From Spirochaetia bacterium (lineage in GTDB: Bacteria; Spirochaetota; Spirochaetia; SZUA-6; Bin103): a DNA stretch of 64,000 bases. The position numbers and the translations under genes were made by a program. The stretch covers positions 384,001 through 448,000 of the forward strand of contig CBDBOV010000002.1 of the NCBI GenBank assembly GCA_965208575.1, read 5' to 3'. The notes beneath the pieces are model-generated. The model ran no database searches. It was not told the DNA's origin and saw only the letters and a list, made by a program, of their open reading frames with translations. Below are positions 22,085 through 30,537 of the stretch, piece after piece (position 1 is the first letter of the stretch; each line of letters begins with the position of its first letter).

Positions 22085-23474
22085 ACTGTGCCCATCCTAT
22101 CGCAACCATCAGTTCGTCGAAAGCCTGCGCGATCGGCGCGAAGTCTGCCACGCTCCACGCTTCGAGGCGGCCGGGACCTGACTGTCGGAGCAGATCGTCG
22201 ATCCGATCCAGCAGGAGCCGGTGGCGGCTACGCCAGGCCACCCACTGGCTATAGGCACGGGACCACAGTTCGCGTCGGCGCAGAGCGTAGTCTATTGTCT
22301 TGGCATCCTCATCACTCGCACCGGCACGCAGCCGTGCGAGGGCTTGGTGTGCGCGGCTGCGGCTGATCAGGCGGGTAATCTCCTCTCGCGGGCCAGCGGC
22401 CTCCGGGGTGCGTAGTAGCCAGTAGTCAAGGTGGTGCGCCAGTTCATGGAGGCACGCCAGATCCGCAACGTCCGTCGTTTCGTTGATGGCGACGGTGCGG
22501 GATTGGAAGTTGTACCCGCCTTCCATGTGGCTCGGTAGTGCGATAGTGATCACGGTGGCCGGCCAAAGGTCCTCCGGCACTCCATGTACGCGGCCGGCGG
22601 CAGCAAGTGCGCGGGCAACCGCGCCGTCGTGACCCTCGCTGACGTTCACGCGCAGGCGAGTCGCCAGTGGCTGCTGCCGCGGTCGAAGGTCGCGGTAGAT
22701 GTTGTGCGTGCGATCACGGAACGCCCGCCGGAGCTGCTCGTCCCGGCCGGCACCGGGGTTGTACTCGAATCCAGGGTCGATGCCCTCGTAGCCGACGTGG
22801 GTCTTGCCGCTCCGAGGGTTGTAGTAGGTCTTCTCGCGCAAGCGGGGCCGGCGCTCAGACAACTCCTTGCCACCAGGTAGCTTGTCGCGGCGGTAGCGTT
22901 CCGCTTGGGCGCGAGACACAAAACGGGTCGTGCACTTGCAGCCCCAGCCGTTGCGCGGGTTTGCGATCCTCCAGAACGGGTCATCCTTGGGCAGCATGGT
23001 CCCGTCCCAGGCGGCGTGCTGCGGGCGATGCACACGACTCGGACCCACGCGGTAGAGCAGGTACGGGTGGCTGGTGGACCGCTGGCCGCGCTCCCAAACG
23101 CCGGCTTGATAAGCCTGGCCCATGTTGACGCGCCAGATCGTCGCCAACCGGCGGGACACGTATAAATCGGCCTTCGCGCGGGCCTCGGGGTCGTCCGGAT
23201 CGGGGGGTGCCACACGTCCCCACCAGCCGCGCTTACTCAGTTCTGCGACCCACTCCCTCCGCCACTGCTCGAAGGGCTTCCCCTCTCGTTGGGCCGTTGC
23301 CAGCGAGTCCTGCACGTCGGCGAGCAGATCGAGTCGCATCATGTTCGCGACGGTGAAGGAGCGGGCGTGCTCCTCGCGCCAGACATCCCGGTAATCCCAT
23401 CCGGTTCGCAGCCGCTTGCGTCGGATGTAGTCGATGGCCTCCCGTGGCGGCGGGCCGGCGAGATGGTCGGGCAC
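22074..23474 (-). CDS. Mu gp30/gpF-like minor head protein with C-terminal HEXXH metallopeptidase-like extension
   Basis: P.EAIDY.RRK..W.YRDVW.EEHARSFTVA, HRPQH..WDG..LPKDDPFW..P.NGWGCKC, IDPGFEYNPG; C-terminal HELAH at 22434-22448. Confidence 0.85.
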   Translation of the reverse strand: MPDHLAGPPPREAIDYIRRKRLRTGWDYRDVWREEHARSFTVANMMRLDLLADVQDSLATAQREGKPFEQWRREWVAELSKRGWWGRVAPPDPDDPEARAKADLYVSRRLATIWRVNMGQAYQAGVWERGQRSTSHPYLLYRVGPSRVHRPQHAAWDGTMLPKDDPFWRIANPRNGWGCKCTTRFVSRAQAERYRRDKLPGGKELSERRPRLREKTYYNPRSGKTHVGYEGIDPGFEYNPGAGRDEQLRRAFRDRTHNIYRDLRPRQQPLATRLRVNVSEGHDGAVARALAAAGRVHGVPEDLWPATVITIALPSHMEGGYNFQSRTVAINETTDVADLACLHELAHHLDYWLLRTPEAAGPREEITRLISRSRAHQALARLRAGASDEDAKTIDYALRRRELWSRAYSQWVAWRSRHRLLLDRIDDLLRQSGPGRLEAWSVADFAPIAQAFDELMVAIGWAQYGG

Positions 23475-25028
23475 CTATTCCTCGGAGCGGAAGTCGCGGT
23501 CTCCGAGTCCGCGGGCCAGGGTCTGGGCGATGGCGAGGCGGCGGTTGATGTCCGCTGTGTCCAGGCGGGCGAGCAACTCGGGGAGACGCCGCTGGATTTC
23601 GTCGTAGCTGCCCGCGTCCTGGGCGAGCTCTTCGATCTGGTCGTGGAGAGGGCGCAGCAGCGGCTCCCAGTCCTCGCCGGCCACCACCTCCGAGAGTTCG
23701 TCGCCGGCTTGTGGGATCGACGCGTTAGCTGTCAGCCGTAACAGGCCGTTCCGGTTGGGGACGACGGGCGTGCCGGAAGATTCGATCACCAAGTCACCCT
23801 CTCGGGGCTCGGTGAGTCCGAGCTTGGCGTACATCTCGGAACGCTTCACGGGCAGCCCGAGCGGAACCAGCATGGATACGTTCTTCACGAGGGCGGTGAC
23901 GTCTTCGGGGCGCGGTACGGGCAGGCGGGCGTAGGGGTAGCGTTCCTGAGGGCCGAAATTGTAGTCGACGTACGGGCGGATGAGGTCGCGGTTGATGGTG
24001 GCGTCGAAGTCGGCGGCGTCGGCTTCCATGATGTCGAGTCGCACCTCTTCCTGGGTGTCGTCCGAGCCGAGCTTGCCGGGGGTCGCGTCAGCAGTAGAGG
24101 TCTGCCCAACCACGGTCTTGCTGAGCTGTTCGTCGCACCACCGGACGAGGCGCTCGTGAAGTTCGATGGGGGTGCCAGGCGCGATGGCGTTGGCGAACTC
24201 GATGGCCATCGCTTCCGGGATCACGCAGCCGATGTCGCGGCCGATGTTGCGGACGGCCCGCTCCAGTACCTTCTTGTCTTCCTTGGTGGCGTTGCGCGGG
24301 TACTTGCCCATGCGCAACGGAAACCCGTATGCCAGAACGAAGGCGACCCAGCCCGAAAGGGTTGAGTTCTTGATGAGCCACAGGTAGGCGGCGACGAGCG
24401 CCAAGCCGCTGCGCAGGGGCAGCCCGGACTTGAGCTGGGGTTCGTGGATGATGAACTTGGCGGCCGGCAGAACCTGCAGGCCGGTAGCGGTACGCAGCAT
24501 CAGGCGCCGTCCGGTGTCGACGTCGTAGTCGAACCAGCGGGGATCGCGCCAGTGGTAGGAGACAGGACGCCAACGGGTCTCCGTGGTCTCCCACATGACC
24601 TCGACGACGCTGTATCCCTTGCCGAGGCCGTCGAGCGCGTCGAAGATCATGCGTCGATACTCGGGGCGCTCCACGACGTCCTTGCGCACGGCCTCGGCGA
24701 TCTTCAGGGAACGGGAGTCTTCCCCGCCGGGGTCGACGACGGGCTTCAGGCGCGAGATGGCGAGCTTGCGAGTGCCAAGGACGGAGCGGTAGTGGCCGTC
24801 GGCCTCCTCGATATCCTCGGCAAGAGTAAGGAACTCCTGGGCTTCTCCCTGCTTGACGGCCTGAATGATCTGAGCGAGGCGCTCCGGAGTGAGCGTGGAG
24901 GCTACGTCACCGGATCCGTACCAGGGGTTGCGGACCGAGAGCGCGCCAGCGCCGGCGAGCTCCCGGTCGAGCTCGTTGCGCGTCGCTGCTTGCCGATGCC
25001 TATTCTTCTTCCCACGCTTCTTCGCCAC
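23475..25028 (-). CDS. Portal protein (Mu gp29/DUF935-like)
   Basis: LTPERLA..EDIEEAD.HYRSVLGTRK, KGYSVVEVMW, YGFPLRMGKY, QLSKTVVGQT; GTG start inferred. Confidence 0.9.
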   Translation of the reverse strand: MAKKRGKKNRHRQAATRNELDRELAGAGALSVRNPWYGSGDVASTLTPERLAQIIQAVKQGEAQEFLTLAEDIEEADGHYRSVLGTRKLAISRLKPVVDPGGEDSRSLKIAEAVRKDVVERPEYRRMIFDALDGLGKGYSVVEVMWETTETRWRPVSYHWRDPRWFDYDVDTGRRLMLRTATGLQVLPAAKFIIHEPQLKSGLPLRSGLALVAAYLWLIKNSTLSGWVAFVLAYGFPLRMGKYPRNATKEDKKVLERAVRNIGRDIGCVIPEAMAIEFANAIAPGTPIELHERLVRWCDEQLSKTVVGQTSTADATPGKLGSDDTQEEVRLDIMEADAADFDATINRDLIRPYVDYNFGPQERYPYARLPVPRPEDVTALVKNVSMLVPLGLPVKRSEMYAKLGLTEPREGDLVIESSGTPVVPNRNGLLRLTANASIPQAGDELSEVVAGEDWEPLLRPLHDQIEELAQDAGSYDEIQRRLPELLARLDTADINRRLAIAQTLARGLGDRDFRSEE

Positions 25029-26538
25029 CTGAGGGCCTCCAGTAGTCGATGCCGGCGCTGCCGACCGGCTCGTAGGTGAGCGGCTGGTAGACACCTTCGT
25101 CCTGGCGGACGGCGTATTCGGCGAGCATGCCCGCAACCGCCGCGTCGCCGTGACGCTTGCCGCCGCCGGCATCCGTGGTGTGCTCGCGGATTACCGCCAC
25201 GCCGCGGTCGAGCACGACGGCGCGGTGATCGTCGAGGATGCCGGCGTGATTGGGGATGGTGATGGTCTGGTCCTCGTACCGGGCCTTGTAGGGTGGCATG
25301 TAGTCGAGGTAGGTGCGCCGGCTGATCATCACCTCGTGGATGTAGGGGCCGTACTTCTGGGCGGCGAGCTCGGCGATCATCTGGCCGTTGCCGCGCGCGT
25401 CGATGGCGGCGGCGCCGAAGCGCGTGGTGCCGTCGACCGCGGCACAGAAGATCTGGAACTGCTGGGCGAACGGGACGTTGCGCATCTCGATGTAGACGGT
25501 GGCCACAAGTGAGAGCTGCAGGGTCTCCACGAACAGGGCAATGACGGACAGGTCGCCGGAGCGCGCGAAGTCCATGCCAAGGTAGCCGAGGGTGCGCTCT
25601 TTCTCGGCGCGCTCGCGGGCGGCGGCCAGCACCGGCTCCAGGTGCTCATCGATCCAGGCCTCGCAGTCAGCCTGGCGGTCGTGGTCGGCACGGTAGGTGA
25701 ACTCGGAGGCGCGCTCGTAGGTGATGACGGGGATTTCGTCGGACATGGCGCGTTCGACCAGGGCGCGCGGAAAGTACTTCTGGCCGCCCTGGGAGGGGAT
25801 ACAGTAGAGCTCCTCCTGGGCGGCTTCACCGTACTGCCCGACGAGATCCGCGAGCCACTGGCGCTCGCCCTCCGCGGTCCACTCTTCCTGCACACCGGTG
25901 ACAGCGGCCTTGCGCTCAAGGATGCGACGGTAGAGTCCGTCGGCGATCGCATCTTCGATGTCGATCTTGTGCAAGCTGCTTCGCGGCCGCTTGCCGGCGC
26001 GGATCTCTTGGACGAGCTCGTTGAACTCGTTGTCCACGCCGTTGTGGGTGCTGATCACGATTACCTGAGCGCCCCACATGAGCAGCGCAATCGCGGCCTT
26101 GAGCAGCTCCCCAAGGTTGTCCACGAACCCGGCTTCGTCGATGATGACGCGGCCTTGCTTTCCGCGCAGCACGGTAGGACGGCCTGGAAGGCCGACGATC
26201 TCGGCGCCGCTCGCGAAGGTGATACGGTAGATGGTGATGTCTTCGTCTTCGTCGACGATCACCACCTCTTCGACGACAGCGGCGGCCTCGCCGTACCGCT
26301 TCGCCCAGTACGCGCACGTGTCGACGAACTCGCGGGTCATCTCCTTGTTGTACGAGATGTAGTAGGTGTTGACGGGGTTGCGGGCGCGGGCGGCGCACAG
26401 GGCGGAGTCGGAGGCCTCGGACCAGGTGAGTCCGATACGCCTGGACTTCTCACACACCTTTATCTCGGCGGTATCCTCCAGCCATCTCCGCTGGTAGCCG
26501 AGGAGCACGCCGCCGGCGGCGGCGTCAGGCGGCGACAC
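25000..26538 (-). CDS. Terminase large subunit (Mu gp28-like)
   Basis: LLGYQRRW, EKSRRIGLTW, LRGKQGRVIIDEAGF, ISTHNG, GMDFARSGDLS, RHGDAA. Confidence 0.93.
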   Translation of the reverse strand: MSPPDAAAGGVLLGYQRRWLEDTAEIKVCEKSRRIGLTWSEASDSALCAARARNPVNTYYISYNKEMTREFVDTCAYWAKRYGEAAAVVEEVVIVDEDEDITIYRITFASGAEIVGLPGRPTVLRGKQGRVIIDEAGFVDNLGELLKAAIALLMWGAQVIVISTHNGVDNEFNELVQEIRAGKRPRSSLHKIDIEDAIADGLYRRILERKAAVTGVQEEWTAEGERQWLADLVGQYGEAAQEELYCIPSQGGQKYFPRALVERAMSDEIPVITYERASEFTYRADHDRQADCEAWIDEHLEPVLAAARERAEKERTLGYLGMDFARSGDLSVIALFVETLQLSLVATVYIEMRNVPFAQQFQIFCAAVDGTTRFGAAAIDARGNGQMIAELAAQKYGPYIHEVMISRRTYLDYMPPYKARYEDQTITIPNHAGILDDHRAVVLDRGVAVIREHTTDAGGGKRHGDAAVAGMLAEYAVRQDEGVYQPLTYEPVGSAGIDYWRPSGGEEAWEEE

Positions 26539-27106
26539 CGAGAATGCGCTTGCGGATGGCGTCGATAGTGGCGTCGGAGATGCCGGCGGCTCTGGCCTCC
26601 GCGACGCCGGCCTCCGCGGCCTCCTGCGCGATCTCCGCCTTCAGCTTGCGGCGGCGCTCGATGGAGCGGTCGGCGGCCATCTCGATGTCGCGCAGGCTGC
26701 GCGCCGCCTGCGCCAGCAGCTTGCCCATGCGCTCCGCGGTCTCGGCCTGATCGCTGGGGTCGTCATTCTCCGCCTGGTCGTGCAGGTTCTGCATCATGGC
26801 GACGGCGTCGAAGGCAATGGTGCGGAGCTGGTGCACCAGGACCTCGGACAGCTCCTGCTGACCCTCGGCCCCGCAGTGGGCGAGGTATGCCTTGACGGCC
26901 TGCGTGGCGGCGCGGTTGCGCTCGGCGAACTTGCGCATGTGTACCGCGTAGCGGTTGACGGCCGACTTGCTGGTGACGGTCTCCCCGGCTTCTGCGTTCA
27001 GGGCGTCCGCGATCTGTTGCTGGGTGACGCCGGGCCGGTCGAGCAGCTCGTGGAGGCGCTGCCGGAGCTCGGGCGCCAGCCGGTCGATGCTGCTCGCGCG
27101 AGCCAC
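26525..27106 (-). CDS. Mu gp27-like (DUF3486) putative small terminase
   Basis: MARASSIDRLAPE..SKSAVNRY..GISDATIDAIRKRILG; position before terL. Confidence 0.85.
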   Translation of the reverse strand: MARASSIDRLAPELRQRLHELLDRPGVTQQQIADALNAEAGETVTSKSAVNRYAVHMRKFAERNRAATQAVKAYLAHCGAEGQQELSEVLVHQLRTIAFDAVAMMQNLHDQAENDDPSDQAETAERMGKLLAQAARSLRDIEMAADRSIERRRKLKAEIAQEAAEAGVAEARAAGISDATIDAIRKRILGVAA

Positions 27107-27414
27107 TAGGCCGGTCTCAGGGATCCCGCGATGAGCTGCAGGGGATAGACGCGCACGAGGTCGGCGACATCCTCGACGGTGGCGTCCTTGGCGCGCGCGC
27201 CGCGGCTCAGTTCCACGTGCAGGTAGTTCAGCTTGCGGTGCGGGTAGGCGAACAGCGCCACGAGCGGCACCTCGCCGATCAGAGTGGTGCCGGGAGCCAG
27301 CCGCATCATGAAGTCGGCGTCGGCCTTGTCAACGACCTCGGCGTCATGGGCGCTGTAGCGGTTACGCAGGTGCTCTTCGACGGCCGGATAGCGGGTAACG
27401 ATGACAGTCTGCAT
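27106..27414 (-). CDS. Csx16-like (ring-nuclease family) small protein
   Basis: TVIVTRYPAVEEHL..PGTTLIGEVPL..YLHVELSRGARAKDATVEDV resembles the Csx16 pattern (V.RH.GA.EW..PGD.VIG.LP..YLHL.L..RG.EL.); RBS AGGAGG. Confidence 0.55.
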   Translation of the reverse strand: MQTVIVTRYPAVEEHLRNRYSAHDAEVVDKADADFMMRLAPGTTLIGEVPLVALFAYPHRKLNYLHVELSRGARAKDATVEDVADLVRVYPLQLIAGSLRPA

Positions 27415-27423
27415 GGCAGCCTC

Positions 27424-27714
27424 CTAGTCCAGACGCGGCCGTTCGACGCCGGCGGCGCGTTCGCGTCCGGCGGCGATGTCCTGGCCGCGGCGGGTGAGCC
27501 GGGCGAGCACGATGGACTCGGCTCCGTCGCCGAGTGACACCAGCTTCTCGCGTTCGAGCCAGCGGAGATCCTCGCGAATGCGGTCCAGGCCAACGTTGTG
27601 ACCGAAGGTGCCGAGCAGCCGCTGCAGCATCTCGTCGGAGAGCGTGCGGTCGCTGTCGGCGTCGAGGCCCTGCAGGATCACGATGCGCCGCGATGGCGCG
27701 AAGATGTCGCTCAT
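27424..27714 (-). CDS. Mu gp26-like winged-helix protein
   Basis: RRIVILQGL..DLRWLEREKLV..ARLTRRGQDIAAGR..GVERP. Confidence 0.85.
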   Translation of the reverse strand: MSDIFAPSRRIVILQGLDADSDRTLSDEMLQRLLGTFGHNVGLDRIREDLRWLEREKLVSLGDGAESIVLARLTRRGQDIAAGRERAAGVERPRLD

Positions 27715-28013
27715 TCGGCCTGCCTCATGAAGTACTCGCGGATCGTCCCGAGCGTGGCGTTGGTCACCTCGAGCTGACCCTCCAGTCGCGCCAGGCGCTC
27801 GCCGAACCCGTTGGCGCCATCGCGGACCGAGCTGATCCGGCCGTGCAGGTTACGGATCTCGGTGTCGAATCGGGTGACGACCTTGTCGATCTCCCGGGAG
27901 ATCAGCTCCCGCTCTGTCTTCTCGCGCAGCGTCCGGTCGCGACGCAACTGGAAGTAGATGGCGGTGTACGTGGCGACCGCGGCGGCCACGGTAATGGCGG
28001 AGGACCAGTCCAT
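27711..28013 (-). CDS. Mu gp25-like membrane-anchored coiled-coil protein
   Basis: MDWSSAITVAAAVATY TM segment, then coiled coil (LARLEGQLE); position before gp26. Confidence 0.65.
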   Translation of the reverse strand: MDWSSAITVAAAVATYTAIYFQLRRDRTLREKTERELISREIDKVVTRFDTEIRNLHGRISSVRDGANGFGERLARLEGQLEVTNATLGTIREYFMRQAE

Positions 28014-28051
28014 CGTGTCGCATGGTCGGCACGGAAGCCCGGCCCTTCCAT

Positions 28052-28070
28052 TACAGGACTGTATTGGGAG
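28052..28070. promoter_or_regulatory. Late-promoter activator dyad, copy 1 (TACAGGACTGTATTGGGAG)
   Basis: Identical to 40475-40493; TACAG-GA-CTGTA palindrome between divergent genes. Confidence 0.75.
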
Positions 28071-28123
28071 GAAGGGCGGCCCGGCAGGACCCTCGACGCG
28101 TAAATCCAACGCAGGAGGTGTGT

Positions 28124-28423
28124 ATGGGCAACAAGTTCAAGCCCAACGTCTTGCTACTGGCGTTCGGCGGCCTGGTGGTGGTGATCGCGCTCGCGTTCAT
28201 CTTCCCTGCCCAGGCGGACATGGTGCTGGCGCTGGGCGCCGCGCTGATCGGCGGCTTCGTCGGCGTCATGAAGGACCTGGTATCCCCGGATCCCGCCCCG
28301 CCGGCCAAGGTGGTGCCGATGGAGGTCCACCAGGAGCTCATTCGCCGCTTCGCAGACGTAATCGCGACCGAACCTGAACCGGCGCCCGCGTCCGGGCGGT
28401 CAGGCAAGGGCGCCGGCAGCTAG
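28124..28423 (+). CDS. Two-TM small membrane protein (holin-like)
   Basis: RBS GGAGGT; two hydrophobic helices and a charged tail. Confidence 0.6.
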   Translation: MGNKFKPNVLLLAFGGLVVVIALAFIFPAQADMVLALGAALIGGFVGVMKDLVSPDPAPPAKVVPMEVHQELIRRFADVIATEPEPAPASGRSGKGAGS

Positions 28424-28445
28424 ACAGGCGGATCGAAAACAAGAC

Positions 28446-28503
28446 AGGCCCCGGCGCGCGCGGGCGGTGAGCTGTAAACACCGCCGCGGCGCCGGGGCCT
28501 TTT
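28446..28503 (+). terminator. Extended hairpin/terminator
   Basis: AGGCCCCGGCGC/GCGCCGGGGCCT outer stem, inner GGCGGTG/CACCGCC stem, short T tail. Confidence 0.6.
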
Positions 28504-28583
28504 CATTGCCTATCCGAGCGCATGAGGCGCGGTACTGGCGCGCCGTACTTGGCGCGACTACACTTGCTGCTTAGCGACCGGAG

Positions 28584-29060
28584 ATGGACAAGACAGAGCT
28601 GTACCTGCACATAGCCCATGAGAAGTTCTCAGAGCAGTACCGGCGCGGACGAGCCTTCGATGCGCGCGCTGGCGCCGTATTGGGGGTGGCTCCTACGCTG
28701 GCCGGAATCGCGGCAATAGTGCTCAAGGACTTCTCTGGGCAGCAGTCTCTCTCCGGCGCCGACATTGTCGCCACTATCGTCTTGGGGGCGGCCATGGTCG
28801 GCGCAATGCTGTGCGCCCTGTTGGTATTGAAGCCGCAGAACCAGTGGCGTCACGACCCCGACTTGAAGGTATTCGGGGACAATCTGGGCAGATTCACCGA
28901 CGACGAAGTGGTCGAATGGGCCGGAGAGTTTACGAGAGACGCTGTAGAGGTGAACAACGGCCTGCTCACAGCAAAGGGTAGGCGCCTCGTGGCTGCCGTA
29001 TGGTTTCTCGTGGCGATGGCGGCAGCTCTGGTCACCCTCGCCGTACTGGTGAATACCTAG
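28584..29060 (+). CDS. Three-TM membrane protein resembling Pycsar-effector (PycTM)-like proteins
   Basis: FDARAGAVLG TM1, CALLVLKP after TM2, NNGLLTAKGRRL before TM3. Confidence 0.55.
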   Translation: MDKTELYLHIAHEKFSEQYRRGRAFDARAGAVLGVAPTLAGIAAIVLKDFSGQQSLSGADIVATIVLGAAMVGAMLCALLVLKPQNQWRHDPDLKVFGDNLGRFTDDEVVEWAGEFTRDAVEVNNGLLTAKGRRLVAAVWFLVAMAAALVTLAVLVNT

Positions 29061-29188
29061 GCCGTTCGCACACGATCGGGCCGGGTGGTATTGGGCGCCA
29101 CGTCCGGCGCCGGCGGATACTTCGGACCCTTCGGCGGGTTCGCTGGCTTCGTCGGTTGCTTGCCGGGCCTCGGTTTTTCCTTGGCCAT
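29057..29188 (-). CDS. 43-aa Pro/Lys-rich peptide (not in the ORF track)
   Basis: MAKEKPRPGKQPTKPANPPKGPKYPPAPDVAPNTTRPDRVRTA; RBS GAGGAG. Confidence 0.5.
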   Translation of the reverse strand: MAKEKPRPGKQPTKPANPPKGPKYPPAPDVAPNTTRPDRVRTA

Positions 29189-29190
29189 GT

Positions 29191-29409
29191 TCACTCCTCG
29201 CTTTCCGTCGCGGTACCGCGGGGAGCCGGATCGTCGCCATCCCCGCCGCGCTCCCGGAATCCGCCTATGACGACGTCAGTGTCGTGAGCTCCGCGGCGAT
29301 TGAGGCCTGTTTCGGTTACGTCCGGATAACCACCGCCCTGCTCTTCTCCGCTGCCCCCATCAGTCTCGGGCGGCGGAGTATCGTTGCCTTGATTCTCTTC
29401 GTCTGCCAT
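29191..29409 (-). CDS. 72-aa acidic low-complexity peptide
   Basis: RBS AGGAG; MADEENQGNDTPPPETDGG... Confidence 0.55.
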   Translation of the reverse strand: MADEENQGNDTPPPETDGGSGEEQGGGYPDVTETGLNRRGAHDTDVVIGGFRERGGDGDDPAPRGTATESEE

Positions 29410-29556
29410 CGTCTCGTCTCTCCTGGATTGATTGGATTCCTTGGCTGTTATTGGTCGCTCGGCATCCTTGACCGTGTAGTCGGTCCGATGCGCGTGGCCC
29501 TGAGTTCGATGCGGCGAGTAGCTGGTGTCCAGCTACGATCATCGAAGCGTCGATCT

Positions 29557-29886
29557 TCACTGCCGACGAGTCTCTTGGCGCCTGAACAGAATCTCTATAC
29601 GGCCGACAGTAGCCCGCACCATACCCTCGTCACACCTTGTCACTTTCAAAGTACCGCCCGTGGTGGACAGCAGATACCTACGATCTTTCGATGTCTCAGA
29701 ACGAGGCTGCCAAGCCTTTGCGGGGCAGTTGAACAACTGCTCATGTCCGATCCACCGTCGCCCCGGTAATAGGGGAGGCGCTCTGCTGATCACGATTCGA
29801 GTCGGTTGGGCCGAAAGGGTGTACCCATCGGTTCCTTTCCACTCGCCCTTCATCCAATTGGGCACACCGAAGTTCCCGTCTGCCAC
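29557..29886 (-). CDS. Hypothetical cargo protein
   Basis: RBS AGAGGAG right after the duplicated repressor end; lower GC. Confidence 0.55.
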   Translation of the reverse strand: MADGNFGVPNWMKGEWKGTDGYTLSAQPTRIVISRAPPLLPGRRWIGHEQLFNCPAKAWQPRSETSKDRRYLLSTTGGTLKVTRCDEGMVRATVGRIEILFRRQETRRQ

Positions 29887-29901
29887 TCGTTTGCTCCTCT
29901 T

Positions 29902-30105
29902 TCAGAATGTACGGGCCATCCAGCGAACCTCGCCGATGATCTCGGCGGCGGGAGGCCAGGGGTGGGCGGGCCAGGACGGGTGTTCGCTGGTCATCTGCCA
30001 GCGTCCGCCGGGACCTCGTCTCGATCGCTTGACGACGACGCCCTCGTCAGTGCGGATCACGTAGATGCCGTTGTGGCGCTGTCGGTGGCGTTGGCGGTCG
30101 ACCAA
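29902..30105 (-). pseudogene. Diverged duplicate of the repressor S24 C-terminus
   Basis: LVDR..IYVIRTDEGVVVKR..EIIGEVRWMARTF parallels 30538-30741. Confidence 0.85.
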
Positions 30106-30351
30106 GGCAGAGCACGCCGCCGAAGATCGGCGAGACACTTGCGAGAGAAACTCCTCATAAGCAGGCCGGACCGCTGGCGTATCGGGAGACCATCCACAAT
30201 AGCCCTCCGGCCCTTCTCCACGTCGTCACAGATCCGGGCTGCCGTTGCCGGGTCGAGGTTCTTCCTGAGCGCGTCGGCGGTCGCCGCCATAACCGCGTAG
30301 TGGATCGTGGACGACGGCGACTGGCTGCGCTTCCCGCGACCCCGTCCTGGC

Positions 30352-30522
30352 TCACTCTGCGTCCTCGTCGCCGGTTTTCCCGAGCGCGGCCCTGATCTCC
30401 GCCAGCTCCGCGAACAGCTCACGCCAGCGGCGGGTGATGTAGACCGACGGGTATATACCGAGGGTGATAAGCGTAAAGAACCAGAGCTTTAACGGTCCCG
30501 GTAGTTTCTTCTTTGGTGCCAA
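30352..30522 (-). CDS. 56-aa single-TM protein (DUF4234-like), not in the ORF track
   Basis: RBS AGGAGGT plus TTG; MAPKKKLPGPLKLWFFTLITLGIYPSVYITRRWRELF... Confidence 0.6.
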   Translation of the reverse strand: MAPKKKLPGPLKLWFFTLITLGIYPSVYITRRWRELFAELAEIRAALGKTGDEDAE

Positions 30523-30537
30523 TCTCTTACCTCCTGC

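Noticed and set aside
30057-30355. ORFs between the single-TM gene and the repressor relic
   Set aside because: Two competing frames and no recognisable motif; cannot choose between them
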